Positions 8,339-16,500 of a stretch of DNA of 64,000 nucleotides are shown one piece after another. The translations under genes were made by a program, and so were the position numbers. Each line of letters opens with the position of its first letter. The first letter of the stretch is position 1. The notes below the pieces were generated by a model, which ran no database searches, was not told the origin of the DNA, and saw only the letters and a list, made by a program, of their open reading frames with translations. Source of the stretch: Candidatus Eiseniibacteriota bacterium (GTDB taxonomy: Bacteria > Eisenbacteria > RBG-16-71-46 > CAZAMP01); assembly GCA_965224245.1 (NCBI GenBank), contig OZ245046.1, positions 640,001 through 704,000 on the forward strand. Reading direction: 5' to 3'.

Positions 8339-10444
8339 GTGACGCCCCCACCCGAAAGCGCTTCGGGACCGACGAGGCCCTGGTCACGCCGCCCGCGCGC
8401 CCGGCTCCGCCAGCTCTTGTTCACGCTCAAATCGAGCCAGCAGTCGTTCATGATCGTGGCCGCCGTGCTCCTCGGGGTGGCCGGTGGGTTCGGGGCGATC
8501 GGCTTCCGGCACGCGATCGACTACGTCCAGGGCCTCGTCTGGCCCGATCCCGACGGTGGTGGAGACGGCACGATCGCCCGCGTGACGGCCGCCGGACCGT
8601 GGCTCCGGGTGCTCGTCCCGACCGTGGGCGGGCTGATCGTGGGCTGGCTCGTGCACGCGTTCGCGCGCGAGGCCAAGGGGCATGGCGTGCCCGAGGTCAT
8701 GGAGGCGGTGGCCGTGCGCGGAGGCGTGATCCGTCCCCGCGTGGCGGCGGCCAAGCTGACCGCGTCGGCGGTCACCATCGGCACCGGCGGATCCGCCGGG
8801 CGCGAGGGCCCCATCATCCAGATCGGATCGGCGATCGGCTCCGCCCTCGGTCAGCTTCTCCGGGTGTCGTCGGCCCGGCTGAAGACGTTCGTGGCCTGCG
8901 GCGCCTCCGCCGGGATGGCGGCCACCTTCAACGCACCGATCGCGGCGGCCCTGTTCTCGGGCGAGATCATCCTAGGGAACTTCGGCGCGGCGCAGTTCGG
9001 CCCGATCATCATCTCGTCGGTCGTGGGGACGGCGGTCGCACGCTCGGCGTTCGGGAACGAGCAGACGTTCCAGATCCCGATCGAGTACCACTTCGCCAGC
9101 CCGTACGAGCTCCTTCCGTACGCGCTGCTGGGGGTGTTCGCGACCCTGGTCGGCCTCTTGTTCGTGTCGGTTCTGCACCGGTGCGAGGGCGAGTTCGCGC
9201 GGCTGCGGGTCCCCGAGTGGACCAAGCCGGGGCTGGGTGGCCTCGTGCTCGGGCTCGCCGCGCTCGTGTCGCCGAAGATGATGGGCGTCGGCTACGACCT
9301 GATGTTCTCCGCCCTGCGCGGTGAGATGGGTGGCGCGATCATGCTCGCGCTCCTGTTCACGAAGATGCTGGCCACGTCGGTCACGCTGGGATCGGGCGGA
9401 TCGGGTGGCGTCTTCGCCCCGTCGCTCCTGCTCGGAGCGCTGACCGGCGGCGCCGTGGGGAGCCTGGCCGGGTACGTGCTGCCGGACAACCTGGTCGCAG
9501 CGCCCGGCGCGTACGCGCTCGTGGGCATGGGCGCGGTCGTGGCCGCCACCACGCACGCCCCGATCACGGCCATCGTGATCCTGTTCGAGATGACCGGCGC
9601 CTACGAGATCATCCTGCCGCTGATGATCGCGTGCACGATCGCGACGCTCCTGGCCATGCGACTCCGCCGCGAGTCGATCTACACGATCAAGCTCTCGGAC
9701 CGCGGCCGCAAGATCCGCTTCGGACAGGAGGTCAACGTCCTGAAGGCGCTCGACGTGCGCGGTGTCATGAAGCCCGATCAGTACGAGGTGATCAAGGAGC
9801 ACACGCCGCTGGACGAGCTGATCGCGCTGATGGTGTCCAGCCCGCACGCCTACTTCTACGTGCTCGACGGCGACGAGCGGCTGACCGGGGTCCTCTCCGT
9901 GCACGACATCCGCAAGATCCTGGATGTGGGTGACGTCGGCCCGCTGCTGATCGCGGCCGACATCGCGCGCGAGCACGTCATCAAGGTGCGCGACACCGAC
10001 ACGCTCGACGTCGTCATGCGGCACTTCGGGCGCGAGAGCATCGACGAGCTGCCGGTGGTCGACGCCGCCGACGAGTGGCGGCTCATGGGGACCGTCCACC
10101 GACGCGACGTCATGAACGCGTACAACCGCGAGATGTTCCGGCGCGACATGGCCGGCGAGATCGCGGGCGATCTGCCGCACACGCGGGTCCCGGCGGTCGT
10201 CGAGATCGCCGGCGGGTTCGGGCTGCTCGAGGTGGAGGCGCCGTCCGAGTTCGTGGGTAGTACGCTGGGAGAGCTCCGCGTGCGCGTGCGGCACGGCGTC
10301 GACGTGCTCCTGATCCGCCGCCACGCCGACGGGGATCGCGAGGCGGATCCGGTGATGCCCGAGGCGAGGACCGTGGTCGAGCGGCTGGACCGACTGCTAC
10401 TGTTCGGAAAGGTCGAGAAGCTCCGGCCGTTCCGCGAGTTCTGA
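8339..10444 (+). CDS. ClC chloride channel/antiporter with CBS pair and TrkA-C domain
   Basis: GHGVPE, GREGP, FNAPIAA, GGVFAP motifs; two CBS domains; RCK_C-like tail. Confidence 0.93.
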   Translation: MTPPPESASGPTRPWSRRPRARLRQLLFTLKSSQQSFMIVAAVLLGVAGGFGAIGFRHAIDYVQGLVWPDPDGGGDGTIARVTAAGPWLRVLVPTVGGLIVGWLVHAFAREAKGHGVPEVMEAVAVRGGVIRPRVAAAKLTASAVTIGTGGSAGREGPIIQIGSAIGSALGQLLRVSSARLKTFVACGASAGMAATFNAPIAAALFSGEIILGNFGAAQFGPIIISSVVGTAVARSAFGNEQTFQIPIEYHFASPYELLPYALLGVFATLVGLLFVSVLHRCEGEFARLRVPEWTKPGLGGLVLGLAALVSPKMMGVGYDLMFSALRGEMGGAIMLALLFTKMLATSVTLGSGGSGGVFAPSLLLGALTGGAVGSLAGYVLPDNLVAAPGAYALVGMGAVVAATTHAPITAIVILFEMTGAYEIILPLMIACTIATLLAMRLRRESIYTIKLSDRGRKIRFGQEVNVLKALDVRGVMKPDQYEVIKEHTPLDELIALMVSSPHAYFYVLDGDERLTGVLSVHDIRKILDVGDVGPLLIAADIAREHVIKVRDTDTLDVVMRHFGRESIDELPVVDAADEWRLMGTVHRRDVMNAYNREMFRRDMAGEIAGDLPHTRVPAVVEIAGGFGLLEVEAPSEFVGSTLGELRVRVRHGVDVLLIRRHADGDREADPVMPEARTVVERLDRLLLFGKVEKLRPFREF

Positions 10445-10491
10445 GCGGGGGGCGGCCGGTCGAGAGACGGTGGCCGGCGAGAGGACACGTC

Positions 10492-12360
10492 ATGGACCGT
10501 GAGTTCCACGATTCCCTGAACGAGCGCGTGCTCTTGTGCGACGGCGCGATGGGGACGATGCTCTACTCGAAGGGCTTCCGGATGACGCGGTGCTTCGACG
10601 AGCTGAACCTCACGCATCCCGACGTCGTCCGCGAGGTGCACGACGACTACGTGAGCGCAGGCGCCGACATCGTCGAGACGAACACGTACGGCGCGAACCG
10701 GCTGAAGCTGGCGCCGCACGGACTCTCCGACCAGGTCGCCGAGATCAACCGGCGTGGCGTCGAGATCGCGATCCAGGCCGCAGCCCGCGTCCGGCGTCGC
10801 CGGCGCGTGTTCGTGGCCGGATCGGTGGGGCCGCCGGGTCGGCCCCTGCATCAACGCATCTATCTCTCACCCGACGACATTCGCGAGGCGTTCGCCGAGC
10901 AGATCGCTGCGCTCGTCGACGCGGGCGTGGACCTGCTGATCATCGAGACCCAGTCGAACGTCGAGGAGGCGCGACAGGCGGTCAAGGCCGCGCGCGCGGT
11001 CTCGAAGCGCATTCCCGTGATCGCGCTGGTGACGTTCGGCGAGGATGGCGAGACGCTGCGCGGCGACACGCCCGAGCAGGCCGTTGCGGCGCTGGAGCCG
11101 CTGGGCGTGGACGCGCTCGGCGCGAACTGCTCGATCGGTCCCGCGGACCTCCTGCCGGTGCTCGAGCGCATGAACGCGGTCACCGACCTTCCGCTGGTGG
11201 GCATGCCGAACGCGGGCACGCCGCGCATGGTCGAGGGTCGCTACTTCTACATCACCTCACCCGAGTACATGGCCACGTATGCCGCGCGGTTCGTCAGTGC
11301 CGGGTCCCGCATCGTCGGTGGGTGCTGTGGGACGACGCCCGATCACGTTCGCGCCGTCCACGATGCCATCGCCGCGCTCCGGCCGTCGACGTCCACCGGG
11401 CGCGTCGAGGTTGCGCAGTACACGCCAGCGCCGCGCTCGGACGTGGAGACGATTCCCACCAGGGACAAGTCCGAGCTCGCACGCCGGCTCGTGGAGGGTG
11501 AGTTCACGGTGAGCGTCGAGATGCGGCCGCCCCGGGGGCTCGACATCACGAAGATCCTCGACGGCGCACGGCTTCTGAAGGAGCACGGCGTCCACGCGGT
11601 CAACCTCCCCGACGGTGCGCTGGCCACCGCCCGTGTGTCTCCCCTGATGCTCGCGCACCGCATCGCAGACGACGTCGGCCTGGAGGCCATCGTCCACTGG
11701 TGCTGCCGGGACCGAAACCTCCTCGGCATGCAGGCCGATTTGCTGGGTGCACAGATGCTTGGACAGAACAACCTCCTGGCCATCACGGGAGATCCACCTA
11801 AGCTTGGCGACTACCCGAGCGCGACCGCCGTTTTCGACGTGGACTCGATCGGGCTGGTACGCATGATGAACCGCCTCAACCACGGGGAGGATCTGATCGG
11901 CAAGCCGATCGGTCCGCCGACGGCGATCCACATCGGCGTCGGCGTGGATCCGGGAGCGCCCGATCAGGACGAGGAGCGGCGGCGGTTCCGCCTCAAGGTG
12001 GAGTCGGGCGCCGAGTACGTGATGACGCAGCCGGTGTTCGATCTGGATCAGCTCGCGCGGTTTCTTTCGAGCGTGGCCGATGTCGCGCCCCCCGTTCTCG
12101 TGGGCATTTTGCCCCTGACGAGCTTCCGCAACGCGGAGTTCTATCAGAACGAGGTTCCCGGGATGCACATTCCCGCCCCCGTCCTCCAGCGAATGCGGGA
12201 TGCGGGAGAGGGCGACGCCGCGCGGGAGGAGGGCATCCGGATCGCGCAGGAATCGCTCCTGGCCGCGGTCGAGCTCCCGGGAGTGACGGGCACGTACCTG
12301 ATGCCTCCCTTCGGCCGCTACCGCACCGCGCTCCGAGTGCTAGATGCACTCTCGTCATGA
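10492..12360 (+). CDS. yitJ: Bifunctional homocysteine S-methyltransferase / methylenetetrahydrofolate reductase
   Basis: DGAMGT, GANCSIGP, GGCCGTTP (Zn ligands), then an MTHFR domain (CCRDRN, ITGDPPKLGDYP, MTQPVFD). Confidence 0.92.
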   Translation: MDREFHDSLNERVLLCDGAMGTMLYSKGFRMTRCFDELNLTHPDVVREVHDDYVSAGADIVETNTYGANRLKLAPHGLSDQVAEINRRGVEIAIQAAARVRRRRRVFVAGSVGPPGRPLHQRIYLSPDDIREAFAEQIAALVDAGVDLLIIETQSNVEEARQAVKAARAVSKRIPVIALVTFGEDGETLRGDTPEQAVAALEPLGVDALGANCSIGPADLLPVLERMNAVTDLPLVGMPNAGTPRMVEGRYFYITSPEYMATYAARFVSAGSRIVGGCCGTTPDHVRAVHDAIAALRPSTSTGRVEVAQYTPAPRSDVETIPTRDKSELARRLVEGEFTVSVEMRPPRGLDITKILDGARLLKEHGVHAVNLPDGALATARVSPLMLAHRIADDVGLEAIVHWCCRDRNLLGMQADLLGAQMLGQNNLLAITGDPPKLGDYPSATAVFDVDSIGLVRMMNRLNHGEDLIGKPIGPPTAIHIGVGVDPGAPDQDEERRRFRLKVESGAEYVMTQPVFDLDQLARFLSSVADVAPPVLVGILPLTSFRNAEFYQNEVPGMHIPAPVLQRMRDAGEGDAAREEGIRIAQESLLAAVELPGVTGTYLMPPFGRYRTALRVLDALSS

Positions 12361-12527
12361 GAGTGTTTGCGCGCGCTCGCGGCGCGGAGTGCGCGCGCGG
12401 CGCTCACCGTGCGCGATTGGTCTCGCCGACGCCTGATCGCGGGCCTGTGCGTATCGGGCGTTGCCTTGCCGGCGTCGCTGCGGCATCGCGCCGCCGGCGT
12501 ATCGATGGGCGAGAAGGAGCCGCGCGA

Positions 12528-13211
12528 ATGATGTGGGCAGTCGTGGTGCGTGCGCTCGGCATCGCGGGTGCGGCGTTCGCGGCGGCCTCCGCCGAGCCGG
12601 AGGCGTTCAACACGACGCTCCGGGCGCACCTGCCGCTGTCGCCGTGTGCCGACGTCTCGGCGACCGAAACGCTGGCCTTCGTCGCCCGGGCCGAGCGCGG
12701 GTGCACGATCATCGACATCCGCCTGACCGCGAGTCGCATGGTCCCATCGGATCCCGAGGGGGTCTTTCAGCTCGACACCGGATCGGGCACGCACGAGATC
12801 GAGGTCAGCGTGCCGGGATACGAGACACGCGTCGATGTCCTCGCGCTGGCCGATCTGGGCACGGTTCACCGGCACTACCTGATGGTGCCGATCGCGCTGA
12901 GCGCCGAGGAGGAGTCCGACGTGGCGGCGGTGCGTCTGGACGCGACGGGTCCAGACCCGTTCCGCCGCGCGACCACGTTCGTGGCCGAGATTCCTGCCGA
13001 GTGGGCCGGCGAGCCGCTCGTGCTCGCGGTGTTCGACATCCGGGCCCGGCTCTTGCGGACGCTACGATCGGGCCGTGCCGCGCCGGGCTCGCTCAGGGTG
13101 GTCTGGGACGGTCGTGACGCGGCCGGCACGGCGGTCGCTCCGGGTGTCTACGTCGCGCGCCTGTCGGTCGGGTCCGAGACGCGAGCACGCCGGATCGTCT
13201 CGACCCGGTGA
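12528..13211 (+). CDS. Short secreted protein with FlgD-Ig/T9SS-like CTD
   Basis: AAGGAG then ATG; signal peptide; one LVIVD-like blade, a carboxypeptidase-regulatory-like segment, and WDGRD..G..V.PGVY CTD. Confidence 0.7.
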   Translation: MMWAVVVRALGIAGAAFAAASAEPEAFNTTLRAHLPLSPCADVSATETLAFVARAERGCTIIDIRLTASRMVPSDPEGVFQLDTGSGTHEIEVSVPGYETRVDVLALADLGTVHRHYLMVPIALSAEEESDVAAVRLDATGPDPFRRATTFVAEIPAEWAGEPLVLAVFDIRARLLRTLRSGRAAPGSLRVVWDGRDAAGTAVAPGVYVARLSVGSETRARRIVSTR

Positions 13212-13480
13212 CGCCGGTCGGGCGGTGGGCGAGGGGGAACGCCTCGTCACGCCGGGACCGGCGGACTTCAGCCGCTCCACGGCCGATCGCTCCCACGGCC
13301 GGCAACCCGCCGGGATCAGCGAGACCGTTCGCGGCTCGCTCGGGGCGGGGAACTCACGGCAGGGCACGCGGGTGCCGATATCCGATGACGGGGGAGGCCC
13401 CGTCGGGGCCGAGACGCGAGGCCGGCGCCGCCGGTCCCGACCGCGCCGGCGTGCCGCCCCGTCACGGCTTCCGGAGCCGT

Positions 13481-13509
13481 TTGACCGCCGGAGGCGCCCG
13501 GAGCATACT
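13481..13509 (+). promoter_or_regulatory. sigma70-type promoter
   Basis: TTGACC-N17-CATACT upstream of ATG 13577. Confidence 0.65.
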
Positions 13510-13576
13510 GAGTTCGCGCTGGATTCGCGCGCGACCGATCGCGACCTGGACCCCGCCGAAACGAGCTTCACGACCC

Positions 13577-16500
13577 ATGAGACTCCTCGATCATTCGCGC
13601 GGCCCCCGATCGCTTCCGCTACTGGCCGCGCTGTGCGGAGTGGCCGTGCTCGCGGGCTCCGTACGGGCCCAGCTGGTCGATCAGAAGCTCCTCATCTGCG
13701 ACACCACCGCGCAGCACGCCGAGGAGTATCCCGGCGTCGGCTCGCTGCTGCTGCAGGCGATCACGGGCGACTCGTCCACTGTCTTCTACAACGCGCCGCC
13801 TCTGAAGCTGCCATTCGCGGCGACGGTCGACGTGGGCGGTGCGATCGTCATGACCGATCGCGGGGCGGTTGCGCCCGGGGATCCAGGCGGCAACGGCGCG
13901 GTGATCCGCTTCCATCCGTTCTCGACCGACGTGGACTTCGTGGTCGGCTCTCCGCTCTTCGACGAGATCTGCGACGTGGCCGTCAATGCCGACGGCCGCA
14001 TTCTGGTGGCAGACAAGCGGGCGAATCCCCTCGGTCTGCCCCAGGGAGACACCGGTGCGATCTACGCCATCGATCCCGCGACGCATGAGGTCTCGGTGTT
14101 CTCGAGCCTGTCGGACTTCGTCGATCCCGTCGGGGTGCTGGTGGATTCCACCGGTGCCGTGTACGTCATCGACGAGAACTCGAACCCCTTCGGGTTCGAG
14201 GACGGGTCGGGAGCGATCTGGGAGATCGACCGGAACACCGGCGCCTTCGTCCGGCTGGTCACGACGTCGCCCGAGTTCAGCACGCCCGGCGACGCGGTGC
14301 GTGTCGGCAACTTCCTCTATCTCCTGGACACCACCGCGCTGGTCACCAACGGCACCGTGTCGCGGAACTCGGGTGACGTGTTCAGGATCGACCTCGTCAG
14401 CGGGGAGCCGATCCGGTACTTCCCGTTCACGCCGTTCTTCGTCCGGATTTCGGACATCGAGTACCTGGCCGGAAAGTTCTGGCTGATCGACCGCGACATC
14501 ACGTTTCCCGAGGGCGGCAGCGGGGGCCTGTACTCGGTCGATCCGCGGGGCACGCGGCGTCCATCGCGGTTCACCGGATCGCCCCTCTGGTCGGACCCGC
14601 GCTCGATCGTGTTTCTGCCCACGTCGCGCATCGACGTCGTGCGGCACGAGTTCGTCGATCTGAACGGACCGCCGCTCAGCCCCTTCGACGAGCTCGCGTT
14701 CGAGGTTGAGCTGGGGAACTCGGTGACGGTGGGATCGGGCTTCGCGCTGACCGATTCGCTCGAGGCGTTTCTGACCGTGGATCCCCTCTCGATCGTCGTC
14801 GACAGCGGCGAAGCCAGCCTGACCACGGTTCCGCGTCCGGCGATCACCTGGACCGGCTCGATCGGGGTGGGCGAGAGCGCGATGATGACATTCCGGGCCA
14901 CGCTCGGTGAGGTCGAGCGCCTGCGACAGCCGCTCGAGGTGGTTGCCGAGCTGCGCGACGACGGCGCCGGTCAGCTCGTCTCGACGATTCGCGACACGGT
15001 TTACCGCGAGCTGGCCGACGACGAGGTGATCATCGCCGACGCGGTCAGCTTCGTGACCAACGGCCGCCTGCTGGTCGTCCGGGGAGACGGCGAGTCTTAC
15101 GAGTCGATCGTCGAGCCACCGGAGGAGCTTCTGGATCCGACGCGCCTCCTTTCCCCGACCGACGTCGTCGTGGACACGGCCGGCGTCGTGTTCGTGGTCG
15201 ATCCGCAGATTCAGGTGCCCCCCGACTCGGTGGGCTACGGGGCAGTGCTGCGGTACCGGCCGACGACCGGCGAGCTCGACCTGTTCTCGGTGCGGCCCTC
15301 CTACCGCGACCCGGTCGCCCTGGCCATCGATCCGGGCGGTCGGCTGCTGGTGCTCGACAACGGGATCGTCGTGCCCGGGGGCGGTCGTGGGGTTCTCTTC
15401 TCGCTCGACCTCGAGACCGGTGCGGTGATGGATTCGGTGTCCGACTCGCGCTGGGTGCAGCCCGAAAAGGTCGCGTTCAACAGCCGCGGCGAGATCCTCG
15501 TCCTGGATCGGCGATCGGAGATCGGGGGCTACGAGGGTGCTCAGGGCGCCGTGTTCCGGATCACCGCCGAGGGCGACGTCTTCGTGGACACCGTGAGCCC
15601 CGAGTTCCGACAGCTTCGTGCCATCGTGCCGGTGGGAGTCGCCGACTATCTTCTCGTCGACAGCCAGCGCGACGCGGTCTTCATCTCGACGGCGGAGGGG
15701 GTCTCGGTGTTCGCCCAGTCCGCGCAGTTCCAGTCGCCGTGGGCCGCGACGATCACGCGATTCGGGGACCTCCTGGTGGCCGACAACGCGAACTCCACGA
15801 TCTTCCGGGTGTCGCTGGCCACCGGCGACGTCGAGCCGTTCATCCAGATTCCGATTCTGGAGCTTCCGATCGCGCTGGCCACGCGGCCGGCGCCCCGCTT
15901 CGAGGGGAGCTCGTTCATCGCTTTCGACCTGAACGGCGGGAACGTCCTGCCGGGCGACGTGATTCGCTGGAATCTCCAGATCCGGAACACCGGCACCCTG
16001 AACGCGGACGCCGTCCTGGCGGTCAACGAGCTTCCGGCGCACGCCGAGATGGAGGTGGGAAGTCTCGGAGCCTCGGCGGGCTCCGCGAGCTACGATGCGC
16101 TCACGCGCGAGGTGCACTGGGAGGGGTCGCTCGAGATCGGCGCCGTCGCCAACATCTTCTACCGAACGGCGCTCAGCACCGCGATCGGCATGGGCACCCG
16201 GGTGACCAACACGGCCATCGTCACGCCGGAGAGCGGCGAGCCGCTCGTCTTCACCCGGACGCTGGTCGCGCGCGGGCCGTTCCTCGCGGGCGACCTGCTG
16301 GCCGTCGACCCCGACACCGGCGGCGGCACGCTCTACCGTCGCGACGTCGTGACCGACCTGGCCGACCTGATGGTGGAGGGGGAGCCGTTCGTGACGCCGG
16401 TCGCGGTCACGGTGGACGCCGCCCAGCGCGCCGTGATCCTGGACCAGAACGCCGACCCCTCGGGAGCCGGAGATGCCCGGGGGGCCGTCTTCCGCTACGA

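Noticed and set aside
8266-8345. TTGAAAC...GTTTCAAT resembling CRISPR repeat ends
   Set aside because: No repeated unit, a 54-nt gap, and no cas genes. It is better explained as one RNA stem.
10445-10491. SAM riboswitch directly upstream of yitJ
   Set aside because: The gap is only 47 bp and has no SAM-I/II consensus.
13208-13576. N-terminal extension of the 1967-aa ORF
   Set aside because: Low-complexity Arg/Pro/Gly sequence that contains the promoter. The signal peptide starts at 13577.
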